Assembly: GCA_001724265.1 (NCBI GenBank) | Contig: MEDY01000027.1 | Span: forward strand, 1-64,000 | Reading direction: 5' to 3' | Length of the DNA stretch: 64,000 nucleotides | Source: Rhizaria sp. SCN 62-66 | Taxonomy: Eukaryota | Part shown: positions 58,301 to 64,000 of the stretch, piece by piece | Layout: each line of letters opens with the position of its first letter | Position numbering within the stretch: the stretch's first letter is position 1 | Made by a program: the position numbers and the translations under genes | Notes under the pieces: model-generated | Told to the model about the DNA's origin: nothing | What the model saw: only the letters and a program-made list of their open reading frames with translations | The model's database searches: none

Positions 58301-61300
58301 CGTCACGCCGCTTTCCGGTGAGGTGCCCCCCCACGGCTCCATTCCGATCACGGTCGGATACCTGCCCTCAACGCCGGGCGTCTTTGAGTTCCTGCTCACC
58401 GTCATTTCGCACAATGTCGGTGCTGCGGCCGCTGCCCCGCTTGCCTCCTCCAGCGCCGCCGGTGTCGCAGGAACTGGCGCGTTTGGTGCAGCAAACGACG
58501 GTACTCTTGAGCCGCGCTCACCCGTTCCTGGTGCCGCTGCGGCAGCTGCAAGCTCGGGCGCAAGTCCTGTGCAAAACGCGGTGTCGAGTGCCGGTCGCAC
58601 ATCTAGTGCCGGTTCTGTGCCTGCCGCCGCAGTTCAGCTGTCGGTGACTGACCTCAAGGTCTCGCAAATCATGCTGGTGCGCGCGTGTGGCGGTACAGGT
58701 GTGCTTAACGTACATTTCCTGTCTGACGCAGATGCTGCTGCACCTGGCATCGAGTTCGGGACCGCGTCTGTTGGGTCTGTTGTTGAAAAGTACTTTTGCG
58801 TGTATAACTCTGGAGCTGTGCCGCTCCGCGTGCGCGTCGAACGCGACAACCCGCACTTTACGCTAGGCCGTGCCAGCTCAATATGCCACTTGCACGGTGC
58901 CTCTGCTGCGCTGCCGCAGGAGCTCACGACTGTTTGTCGTGCTATCGGACTGGGTGCCGCCAAGGCGCGTCGCGCGGGTCGGCGTCTCCGCAAGGCGCGC
59001 GGTGCTGAGGACGAGGGCGCTGGCGAGGGCGAGGAGGATTACGAGGACGCTCTACTGCTGGGTGATGAACGTGTACTGCTGAAACTCATGCCCACACAGG
59101 TTTCGGTCAACGCAACACCTGGAAAGTCTGCCGCTATTGCTGCAGCCGCTGCAGGCTCTGGTACCTCCACCTCTGGTGCTGGTCCGAGTCCGCCTGCCTT
59201 TGAACGCAGTCTCTCTTTCCTGTCATCACCACGCAGGCCCGCAGGAAACGCTGGTGCAGGTGTTGGTGGAACGCGCGCACTAGGTGGCGCGAGTACATCC
59301 ACAACTGCTGCACCAGGCTTGGTCCGCAACCCGAGTCTGCAGACGTCATCGCGTGCAGTCCTGGGCTTCGGTGCTGAGCTGTCCGAGGAGTACGGCACGC
59401 CTGTGGATGAGCTGTTGTTCCGCACTGGACAGGCAGATCCGCGCACGCATCGCGAAAAGCTGCTGCATGAGCTGCGCCCAGACGAAGTGGGCGAGATTGG
59501 CAGCGTCGGTGCCATTGATGTTGTGCTGCCACCGCGCTCTGCGTTGCCCATCTTTGTTCGATTTGCCGTGCGCACCGAGCAGCGCTACACTTGTAACATC
59601 ACGGCGGCGTCTGAGATGCAGTCATTCGCCTTTGCTGCACGTGCTGTCGGCGGACGTGCGGCTGTGCTGCACTCAGGTTCGCTGCAACTGGGTAATGTAG
59701 GTATTCATCATCGCTATGTACGCACGATTCAGCTGCATAACCCTGGTACCGCTGTGTGTGTTGCTTCACTTCACTGGGTCCTTGACCGGCCTGTTGAGGC
59801 CTTCCGTCCCACATCCATGGCTGGTGGCGCTGCTGCTGCTGCTGTTGCAATTGCACGCCGCAAGGAGAAGGCCGCGCGCGCTGCTGAACAGCAACAGACT
59901 GTGGTGCTTAAGAACGCTGCCTCTGTGCGTAATGCTGCACTTGCAGCTGCAGCATCTGGTGGCGCGCTTTCAGATGCATCCTTTGTCGGTGCCGAACCTG
60001 AGTCTGCATCATCGTCATCGACTGACCTTAGCGCTGATTCCAGCGATGACATCGGAGATGACAGCGATGACGCTGCGTTGGCACTTCTGGCAGGCGAGGA
60101 GCCGGAGGCGGAGAACGCTGTTGAGGCAGCCATCAACTCTGCCGCTGCCGCTGCCGTGCACGACCCCTACGGTGGCACTCGTGTTGCCATGCGCAAGGTA
60201 ACTGAGGAGCAGCAACGTGCGCGCGAACGCTTGATGCGTCGCAGAAAGCGGCGCGCAATGCTCCGCGCTGCGCGTGCCGAGGCACATGCGAACGCCTCTA
60301 CTAACGCCGATGATAGCTCCATGCCTCAGGTCTCCTCATCAGGTTCGATGACGACCAATACATCTTCACCGACAGATGCGCCTTTTACGCTTCCTCCAGG
60401 AATGCCGTCGCGGCGTAGCAGTGTTGGGATGCCCGGTTCTGCGTCGCCGCCGCAAGGCCTTTTTTCGAAGCGCGGAAACGTGTTCGCAAGTCTTGTACCC
60501 GCACCGACGACCTCAGTCAACGTCTACCGCAATGTCGTCTTCTTCCCTGTGCTCACGCCCGCAACCAGCGGCCGGAGCAACTCGGTGATGCCCTGGAATG
60601 ATAGCACGCGCAGCGGGCGCGTGGCCACGTTGACAATGGCACGCATGCGCTGGCAGGCCGCAACACGGCTGCTTGTGCGGTTGTTGCGCATCTATCGTTC
60701 GACCTATCCACAAGCTCACAAGGACCTCTTCCCTTTGCGCAAGGCTGCACCCCCGCGCCAGGGTGCTGCTGCCGCTGTTCCTGCCCCCGCTGCCACAACG
60801 TCACCGTTGGTGCCACTCGCAGAGGCTGCTGACCTGGATCCCTCTGTAAGTCGCGGTCATCCTATGTATCAGGCCCTGTCGACGCTGCGCCGTCTCGGCA
60901 TGGGTGTTGAGGAGCTTTTTGCGCGCACAGCCCGCCACGCAGACGCGCGCGTGTCGCCCGACATTAACGTCGCGCTTGCTGCACTCACTGACCTGGCGCG
61001 TGCGCTGGGGCTCGACCTGCTTTCCGCCGCGCCTGCGCCCTCGGACGGGAACACCTTGGGCGGCGCTGCGGCGGGCTCAATGCGGTTGGGCCGGCTGGAG
61101 AGCCTGCAGTCCGTTGTTGCGTCTGTCGGCACGACATCCGCATCGGTGCGTGCGCAGCTGCGTACTGACCGGTCAATGGTGACGATTCCTGGTAAGAGCA
61201 CGGTCGAAATTACGGTCGAAGTGAACATCCCATTCACTGGCTTTTTCTCGGCGCTGCTTCTTGTGCAGCCGCATTTGCCCGGAGTGCCTCGCCACGTTAT

Positions 61301-64000
61301 CCCTGTGTCAGCGACTGTGAGCGACGTTAGCGTGCTGGTCGACGACTCGGCGCCTGTGTCCTTTGGTCGCCTCGCACTCGGCGAGGCCGCGTACCGCGAC
61401 CGCTGCCTAATCAATGAGGGTGCTATCCCGGTGCGCTTCACCGTTGATAACCCCAATTCACAGGTTGTTGTCACCCCGATGTCGGGCACGATTGCTCCCT
61501 TTGGCTCCGTCTCGCTGGGCTTCTCCTTCCTGCCCATTGATGAGTCGCCGCAGTCGCGTCCCGTCACCATCCACACCGACTCCTCGCCCTCGCTCGTCAT
61601 CCCTGTGCGCGGCTGCGGTGGCGTCCCGCGTCTACGCATGTCGCACGAGCGCCTTGCATTTGGACGTTGCCTCATCCGCCGCCTTGAGCGTCGCTACGTG
61701 CGCATTTCTAACGAAGGCACCGCTGCGCTGCCGTCCCTGTCATGTACGCTTGAGGCACCCATGGGTGGTTTCCGTCGCGGGCCCGCGCGCCCCGATGCGC
61801 CAGCACTTGTACCCTCAGCTGGGGCGGTCGCCGGTTCTGGTGACGCTGCCAACGCCGCTGCACTGGCTGCCGCTGCAGCAGCAGCAAGTCGCAGTCAGGG
61901 CGCGCGCGCTGGAGCCGGGGGCATGATGGTCCCGCGCCCGCCTGCGGTCTCCGCTGGCGGACGCCTCGATGTGCTCCCGTTCAGCACGGCGCATGCTGCG
62001 CGCCTGAACATGCCTCCCGGTGGACACGCCAACGCAGCCGCCAGTGCAGCTGCCGCCTTTGCCTACTCTCAGGGTGCGGTTGCAGCGCGCGACGCAGCGG
62101 CGCAGCGCCCCGCTGCGCTCCCTGGTGCGACTGGCACGGCGCTTGCGGTTGGCGGCGGGGCCTCTATGGCCGCGCGCGGGTTGAGTGTGAACCCCGCGCA
62201 CAACGAAGGCGACGGGGCAGGTAGCGACAGCGACTCCATGGGTCCCGGCGCACTGCCGGTTCGCGTAGTGCATGTCGCGGGCGAGCATGGCCGCGTGGCG
62301 GGCTACGTCGCAAAGGCTAACCACTACGCTGCACTTGCCACGCCGACTGCAGCCTCCGCGGGTACGGCGGCTGCTGCGGCGGCTGCGGCAGCTGCGACTG
62401 CCGCGGTCGTTGCTGGCCATCAGAACGCTGCTTCTCGTCGCGTCAGTGGCGCAACCTCAACTGGTGCGGACGAGGCCAAGACAGACGGTGTTGCTGCTGC
62501 TCGCCGCAGTGGACGTTCGCTTGTGCCCGCGGCTCCGTCGACAACGGTGGTGGTTTCCACTGGAACTGCGGCACCTACAGTGAACCCCTGGGCTCCTGTG
62601 CGCACGGGGCTGACGACGTGGGTGGGCTGGCCCGAGCCCGGCTTCTCCCTGCCCGTGGGCCACAGCATCGACGTGCCCGTGGAGCTCGCGCCGGAGCAGG
62701 AGGCGGCGTATGCGGGCCGCGTCATGATTGAGGCGGCGCTCTTCTCCACCTCGGTCGATCTCGCGGGTGTGGGCAAGGAGTCTCTGCTGCTGTGTGAGCC
62801 CCCCGTGCTGGACTTCAGCGAGTGCCGTGTTGGCGGCCGCTACACTGCGCAGCTCACACTTGTCAATCTCGGCGATGCTGAGTATTCCGTGCGTGTGCTA
62901 CGTGACGATGACGCGCATCTTGTGGCACTTCGTAACCCTGACGGAACGCTTATCTACGCTCCCGCCAAGGATGTCCCTGGAGCATCGGCTGCACTAACGC
63001 CTGCCACACTCACGGTCACGCCTGAGCTTGTGCACTTATCACCGTTTGAAAAGGCGAAGGTTACAGTAACATTCACGCCGCGTGCGCCTGTGACGTGCCT
63101 AACGGCGTTGCTGCTCTCATCGACATACTCGGCTGCACCTGTCTCGATTGCGCTTGACGCAGGCACTGTCGAGCTGGCGCTGCGGCCTGAGACGTTAGAC
63201 TTAGGGCTAGTGCAGGCACACGCCCGCGTCGCCTCTGCAATCACTCTCGAGAATCGCGGTTCGCTTACACTGCGCTACCGCATCCGCCCGCTTGCCTCGC
63301 CCGCGCAGTATCAGCGTCTTGCCGCCGCGGCTGCCTCGGCGGCCGGCCATGGCGCTGCCACTGCGGCTGCAGGCGGAGGCGTGAGTGCTGCCGCAGGCGC
63401 CGCGCTGGTGCCGTGGGTGCCCGCATCCGTTGCCGGTGGCGATTTTGCGCTTGATGACTCAGCCGCAGCGGCGCTGGCGCTGAGCCTGCCCTTCTCGCTC
63501 TCGCGGTGGACTGGTACCATTCCCGCACGTGGAACGGCAACAATTGCGCTCAAGGGTCGTTTTGCAGACACGGGTGCTATGCTGCAGCGGCTCTCGGTTG
63601 AGACGCTCGGTGTCGGTGCCGCCGCCGCTGTGAGCGCAGGTGACGTACCTGACGTCAAAACACTTGTGGTCAGGGCGCATGCGGAGGAGCCGAGCCTTGC
63701 GGCCGCGCGTTTGCGCCCCGTGGCCTTTGGTACGTGCCTCATCGGCGAGGAGGCCACGCGCACCGTAATGCTGGAGAACACTGGTGGCTTCCCTCTCGAA
63801 GTCGAAGTCAAGCCCGCGTACCCGTTGCGTGCGAGTGCGGAGCGCCTGACTGTGCCGCCGCACGCACAGGCCCCGCTGCAGGTGCACTGGACGCCCTCCA
63901 CCAAGCAGGAAGTAAAATCTCTTCTGCGGCTCCACACAAACATCATTGCTCCTGAGTCACTTGCGCTGCTTCAGCTGGCGGGCCCCACTGCCAGTGCTGT
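43395..64000 (+). CDS. Giant ASH (ASPM-SPD2-Hydin)/Ig-like repeat protein, Hydin/CFAP47/CFAP65-like; at least 6868 codons, 3'-partial
   Basis: ATG at 43395. Every + ORF in the track beyond this point lies in one of the other two frames, implying no stop in this frame up to 64000. Spot translation gives repeated hDFG-x(~11-12)-hxNxG...GxhxP...hxFxP units, e.g. VDFGAVAERSLKTMSISLLNTG (54663), IDFGTCNSAQVHTRRFDVTNSG (56226), LDFGLLPLSHTHSRTVLLHNEG (58185), VSFGRLALGEAAYRDRCLINEG (61356), VAFGTCLIGEEATRTVMLENTG (63720). An upstream exon is possible (acceptor-like CATCCAG at 43330). Confidence 0.85.
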   Translation, partial: MSFSRGALGDPSLSSGMASMDSQLYGGSTPGSLILSNGLQTIQALEFASQRVSAASPLPLPQRPADPAWNALATALSSDEPVIRRLALSGIEAGMLSLPTTLTSPLLLSFLVTLLLDVAEGDEVAANRWVATYVTAHLHRVLTTTTPRALSSSAQVASSSASADVFAGADNTPAASANAASSAVTHALAASPLVPLLHRGVRTALALLHELFAPDPAARPSADYGSAQVPQGRVYAVAAAALFLGSPLLPEPAVAEAIAQLAPVAAAHDNAAVDAAAALGSPAALAALGLTPPLPPAPAAAPASAAAAADAALAAAIAGLSARSRRNTHVDTPLSRSSGSGTGAGSDEPPLEQTGVAALPATAAALTLALHRLLSAVVASPRAHTFVRAQALHSLAAQLRRCPRNEAVVATAYMPSVRVLADAVARGAAGVAGAAVHPFLALAVSQFVSVWPPRPADAVLLAFPLPALLSGGAARRHAALTAAARRAVSAAAAVTAFAPAATSVPYAPKTADVVAAATRDPDAAPAALLTSALATFHARNRAYHAVLTQQQQPQESAAAPSHSQRKVVDGARAVGGAWAGGYSTWAEDCALLHHFDPARFPAAVSATAAAASAAAAMGLAGGAGAVSGAHAWALSSGSPLLALGALLPAVGDVSLRGALSMGHSALLHAYTAPSPATATGPTVGATAPLPAGGALGAPFPPATAAAATGAAALGAALAFAAALAHRTRIDDAALAHRRADSAFWAAALARAAQGMATGALSNVPFAAAPSSTKPKRGRGAAARSAAAAAKEPAPVPPLVAWIANAFLASPQLTCPGARLPAPLAASLAANPAVSAVAVAAAAAASAAVAAAPAAAAPAVARGALAAAWAVIARTAAANPGTAAGGARAALDLAWGASAPASWPLSLTNPAFGAGVEPDNSGAKPDSGSDEDDDGGDEDKDDGGPAARVRAPSTLLAAAPPLPGVLLTGSLARSRAAAASAHSGLQVGTTRQLARDGAAPVGLTSIGAPTVEPIESGRQRAAAVRALSVELTHAAASLGAAGASIAFSAAAPVKTLRLRNASTEVAHTVAVQVWPPWLFTVEPALMTLTPNTSVALKVTFTPSPRDHPGTVTGFLRLRTAHGLLLERIALSAVTGPSLRVLTPAIDLGVCPLGAVRSGRVYVQNTSPAACLVTVTHAARARRTRAALPAHFAYTLAGLIDALALAPPAAASLAAAAEGGGDWDDDAMAAVAAAEAAAVPHQDWFAVAAADDDDGDDDDDTPDREAAVDAAVYAALDDAEAALRRALAGHDPVAVSQQTNALSPRASARASDGGAAALVGRPEAPLDVFALGASGVAGSAIVAHQMDRVAALADSAAGYKSVAPAPAQAFTKANLRASLRATAAAAASGASGAGAPGAATARGLETRLPGSKRSLAEGLAVLRDSTLRRRLAMELTGSIVDAPASPTRSVALRALRRFLLGPRFRVEQSTMYVPAGATAAVLVHFYAVDAAPVAETIMIRTNGTECYSIPVRARGGSPLALPGAATSLDFGRLALSARLGGSRVGYITLQNNDSSQPMPVSFSASSPQIVVADTVLPPGAVVRHPVMVRTLPPLLLAAADAATAAQSAVATPGSAGHHAPALATTGFLPSSGPAAFAHTLTVRCPGVPSQSVRVSAHFGPSLHCALPPLTSLPPAPAGSVVRVAVLVRNTSAAPLAFTVEGLAPELWAYTAQILRVAPSASAGRGGPIAAALAAHKARQTQRSDSKRQGGSRGQGRRSSVTSAVAPTGTSGEAGKSFLRRAARGLAAHAATSGHMGGDDGVGEDWADAEGDDHSAAVAAAQASCGWVSYFDIGAILARAPGAATATAVAQPVKPAAQGQAIVTAGAFKGSAVQLAAASVSSPVAGYTAASVSGTALGGGFSAAAVLAMTAPFAAVGAGWTSTLAPADTAVSFRAFAANHGRALRLPASSTAVLHMFCHVPTGLGSPLADAGPDTAAAARATSSFCLSAFTLQVQSPHSETHGPYALSFPAVATIPDAQTQAPRYDLSVTPVPLLRDFAVARLAFRPPVAPAPGTAVQSTTAGSALTPAGARRRITLKRNLPTSSASSSGLDAASNDPAGGTSAVSIHVNAAFTSSALRPLPTSLLPAVHARLVHPALAAALTATAAVTAGGEPLLRLNAPTAAASLLSPDGAAAAPFFATLASTMYPTLAPAQLPMLRSQPLAQLPSPGACPPGGQWTRVVVPVSERLVLPPRVWLWAGRPATLTLRAHAATAAAAAPVRYEAMLSAPFALVPDARATAVPELSGALPAAAPTTTSSGATVASVGAPFRIVLDTAACSRQWLQWAAAADALAPGSALMLAASADAVAAAAGLNATAAAAAAGGSMAHMHQFQWPEAARPAARAGADGDAYMAASGGAPAEAASTVPEVARAHADAIYTGHFSAFDAAGASVTTQLCAVAGHLLATDAPRVLTLPAAASSGQLRVVTVTVSNRCDLTVPLAATFQSDVALAAPRVLPAALAASYATAGSAFATATAIEAAETAQCTGSYSPLATPTSALLAVSASGAAAVLGPASLGPWETAVLTVAYRAPAVGAFAEPLTLIYGNPYAPAEGFCFYHGAVKAEAGAPLPSTAPDFLLFDSAAVLSAPLVSNALSSSTAPKGSMSVVVANQAALPALLSAITSPPFVVRGGGLTSGAADDNAASTSALGSLDMSALLAHWATGPSAGVAAADDIGSASALVPATGSVEASPFATRLVLGAQAATALSVAFAPPRSGVFTSRLFLFRAGAMATARAVDLVGIAGVRLMSSNYGPCSHMTPTLVQSAASSAAPADDDAPRAAAPAPAPPAFDTHVRTQPALPTGPAQSATGGDGDGGVRTLGLLSRGRLVRKPFVLTNTGSLPLVVAAITVSALAPSDPALSELAAQTASAPATVAWTLSGSSAPGGGSLSAVASLTPAAGSVHCLDASALAGVPAAALLPRYLRAAPAALATASGAETDADGASVLPDFVAFEAADQPDAATPDAPGNAFLQRMLTTLRARDSSIPAEPVVRAFFSDDNDAAGHAPLAEPARAAEPLEALAAAASALGADADLASSSTAALAAGADWDEADFTTALRHVVLGDAIATVRALTPAGGTQTAHAAREAARALTAELRAAGLDSAELAVDSLDLAAVERDCAAARDCTGAPSPSGRGGALGYPDPDAPPPAGLEEWDLEFSADVHRAAATAAVVGSTAGVGSDALQGVDVGNVLRRRAWIERVAVVASARRRRQVLGVVFESLLKEQTLAATALFPLTLQPGATLSLSLWLWAEAEGTHCASVRAVCARADTTVDYEAHAEWAARDAILISRGRARGLAPAPTASLPAPVAPSSRGASRGGDATASAASAPVDPASKLHAKRLALQTHMRERAARAKDTVVQDFRWVLSAAAVPALEIPAALRRVGAVLDAGVVVAGGARTVALCVRNASLTTAVPYSLRVAAAAVLDTRTGRVHALQPIEEADGSGVVTLPTPPALLAADGLFSHLAAASQTAVGAAAGLGGFGGRHQHSRSVAAAAASAAAQSPGLSQLAPGNWHASPLAALRAALATAAQAEADAAQARNVRPAVATAQSAEEAEVAAAAAKRARIAQDVDDWLSVPGRTKAKTAAKPEPLSAAQTATAASAAAATAAAATAPLLCLPHTRGVLAPGESTALPVTFAPLSPHCVLLCEFALATADIATRRIPFTARAGAARLELALQRRDPATGKTSDVTLVASPTASSFDTNNNTAVVAGRRVVRSRAPVDFGAVAERSLKTMSISLLNTGSLPASFVFARCPRPFSLAPSSGIVAPGATQNVAVTFEPMSVLEGGKFVAARPLLSYCSLAAVSAAPVLPSAAIAANSTPGQLHSVPAPAFGPDAAVSGALGEEWLARALAKPRGLETLEKLGLGPRAQLRTQTAALAAAENELQGMSAVSVTTSAPMPAGLGSPVSVGDDRVTTSEGDASGLQSPTSPMWAAAGRDTRTGAYAPPHGVLGAVATLQLRLTGTSGVPCLDIMPPNAHAAAAAAVAAEAAVAEAVPSEASAPSNPTNSLDLVLRVDDDGDVDALSASARAAAARNKYSAAASAAAASAMAAAGATFTAASPLLPSLTLLVRGLTPLTDTPDADSDNELFAGCAFELAAGTLTRGQANVVFLPIINSGSADGELTVTLTGPSAAHTGVSSSVDAEADESPLLSLAPGDEVHVLTVAPGQYAALPLVITPPSHTESSDAAGPSTASAAAAALAVDLTVKLRFRTRQARAITVRVTAFLGTPALSVSPPAALTLIDFGTCNSAQVHTRRFDVTNSGALSCYFRVAIFVKDGNSKEREATSWDTLRTPGDDAVASSVAARTRFFDSAPATTRSSAGLFSSVAPSVETGFTELPLRNGSAGSLTVQPWLGCLVRGSRTRFVVTWRPTDALERLQYSISIMPLLPPGFASSPAFAAMLRGASLARLLATPALPPPRDASSTAAAAAASASESAIEGAMLSAFGGSAAALAAARHYWSLVETAVAAPGGANDDAGAWQAQHTDEPADAEVLEEIAVLQRLMPEPMLAGDPDRPTSMAGASLLSPSSASGFDKARAALRAHAARVLSAARTAVRARRALQALQASFPPLSGVARGLAGYRKLELLTPRRVVDFGVCRVGGVYAIRLPLGNSGSIDYEYTLEPDSAAPYWHAAMPARSGGASDAVTTGGPGVAFLRHLRSVGLSHACSYGVAPAMPQTQDATAAGFVMTQVPLAATSRSPVGLCRAGAKSAITITFAPTQQVNIMCPLLIQMIGGPAVSISIHAIAAESRLAFYHAPRTPFETYVDYVLTNRGVAALVAEASIDAATAALQSMGAAPSSKAAKSARAAAVAASSSNTSTTPAQTQVPLSAAGSARAATANGPSSAGPVSVAPTPMSRDATASAASAAASASAAAALVAQQQSQFSGISVRMPLLDFGLLPLSHTHSRTVLLHNEGAHKAEFEISRDIPPGFIVTPLSGEVPPHGSIPITVGYLPSTPGVFEFLLTVISHNVGAAAAAPLASSSAAGVAGTGAFGAANDGTLEPRSPVPGAAAAAASSGASPVQNAVSSAGRTSSAGSVPAAAVQLSVTDLKVSQIMLVRACGGTGVLNVHFLSDADAAAPGIEFGTASVGSVVEKYFCVYNSGAVPLRVRVERDNPHFTLGRASSICHLHGASAALPQELTTVCRAIGLGAAKARRAGRRLRKARGAEDEGAGEGEEDYEDALLLGDERVLLKLMPTQVSVNATPGKSAAIAAAAAGSGTSTSGAGPSPPAFERSLSFLSSPRRPAGNAGAGVGGTRALGGASTSTTAAPGLVRNPSLQTSSRAVLGFGAELSEEYGTPVDELLFRTGQADPRTHREKLLHELRPDEVGEIGSVGAIDVVLPPRSALPIFVRFAVRTEQRYTCNITAASEMQSFAFAARAVGGRAAVLHSGSLQLGNVGIHHRYVRTIQLHNPGTAVCVASLHWVLDRPVEAFRPTSMAGGAAAAAVAIARRKEKAARAAEQQQTVVLKNAASVRNAALAAAASGGALSDASFVGAEPESASSSSTDLSADSSDDIGDDSDDAALALLAGEEPEAENAVEAAINSAAAAAVHDPYGGTRVAMRKVTEEQQRARERLMRRRKRRAMLRAARAEAHANASTNADDSSMPQVSSSGSMTTNTSSPTDAPFTLPPGMPSRRSSVGMPGSASPPQGLFSKRGNVFASLVPAPTTSVNVYRNVVFFPVLTPATSGRSNSVMPWNDSTRSGRVATLTMARMRWQAATRLLVRLLRIYRSTYPQAHKDLFPLRKAAPPRQGAAAAVPAPAATTSPLVPLAEAADLDPSVSRGHPMYQALSTLRRLGMGVEELFARTARHADARVSPDINVALAALTDLARALGLDLLSAAPAPSDGNTLGGAAAGSMRLGRLESLQSVVASVGTTSASVRAQLRTDRSMVTIPGKSTVEITVEVNIPFTGFFSALLLVQPHLPGVPRHVIPVSATVSDVSVLVDDSAPVSFGRLALGEAAYRDRCLINEGAIPVRFTVDNPNSQVVVTPMSGTIAPFGSVSLGFSFLPIDESPQSRPVTIHTDSSPSLVIPVRGCGGVPRLRMSHERLAFGRCLIRRLERRYVRISNEGTAALPSLSCTLEAPMGGFRRGPARPDAPALVPSAGAVAGSGDAANAAALAAAAAAASRSQGARAGAGGMMVPRPPAVSAGGRLDVLPFSTAHAARLNMPPGGHANAAASAAAAFAYSQGAVAARDAAAQRPAALPGATGTALAVGGGASMAARGLSVNPAHNEGDGAGSDSDSMGPGALPVRVVHVAGEHGRVAGYVAKANHYAALATPTAASAGTAAAAAAAAAATAAVVAGHQNAASRRVSGATSTGADEAKTDGVAAARRSGRSLVPAAPSTTVVVSTGTAAPTVNPWAPVRTGLTTWVGWPEPGFSLPVGHSIDVPVELAPEQEAAYAGRVMIEAALFSTSVDLAGVGKESLLLCEPPVLDFSECRVGGRYTAQLTLVNLGDAEYSVRVLRDDDAHLVALRNPDGTLIYAPAKDVPGASAALTPATLTVTPELVHLSPFEKAKVTVTFTPRAPVTCLTALLLSSTYSAAPVSIALDAGTVELALRPETLDLGLVQAHARVASAITLENRGSLTLRYRIRPLASPAQYQRLAAAAASAAGHGAATAAAGGGVSAAAGAALVPWVPASVAGGDFALDDSAAAALALSLPFSLSRWTGTIPARGTATIALKGRFADTGAMLQRLSVETLGVGAAAAVSAGDVPDVKTLVVRAHAEEPSLAAARLRPVAFGTCLIGEEATRTVMLENTGGFPLEVEVKPAYPLRASAERLTVPPHAQAPLQVHWTPSTKQEVKSLLRLHTNIIAPESLALLQLAGPTASA

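Noticed and set aside
156-63955. Hundreds of long overlapping or antisense ORFs in the track (e.g. 21565-24549 minus, 14793-16169 plus, 6183-7871 minus)
   Set aside because: These are shadow frames produced by high GC and codon bias. They give Arg/Ala-rich translations without motifs and overlap well-supported genes.

Overview
Gene-dense eukaryotic (protist-like) nuclear DNA with GC-rich, Ala-rich coding regions, short AT-rich spacers and few, mostly 5'-located GT-AG introns. Fourteen protein genes are supported: a partial orphan, SmB, THOC1, a PEX11-like protein, organellar GluRS, a PH-PH-PTEN-PTEN protein, PA2G4/Ebp1, Ku80, a small orphan, a ~3,070-aa protein with one EEP nuclease/phosphatase domain, ADF/cofilin, AND-1/Ctf4, a monoacylglycerol lipase, and an uninterrupted ORF of more than 6,800 codons with many ASH/Hydin-type Ig-like repeats. 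The ORF track omits the giant ORF because it runs off the right edge. The most striking signal is in the PH-PH-PTEN-PTEN frame. It is continuous except for two in-frame TAG codons in a coding-like linker, and none of the 12 complete gene models ends in TAG (6 TAA, 6 TGA). This points to UAG recoding (reassignment, readthrough or editing) or a recent gene fission. No RNA genes, CRISPR arrays or mobile elements were recognised. All homology calls come from motif recognition by eye, not from database searches.
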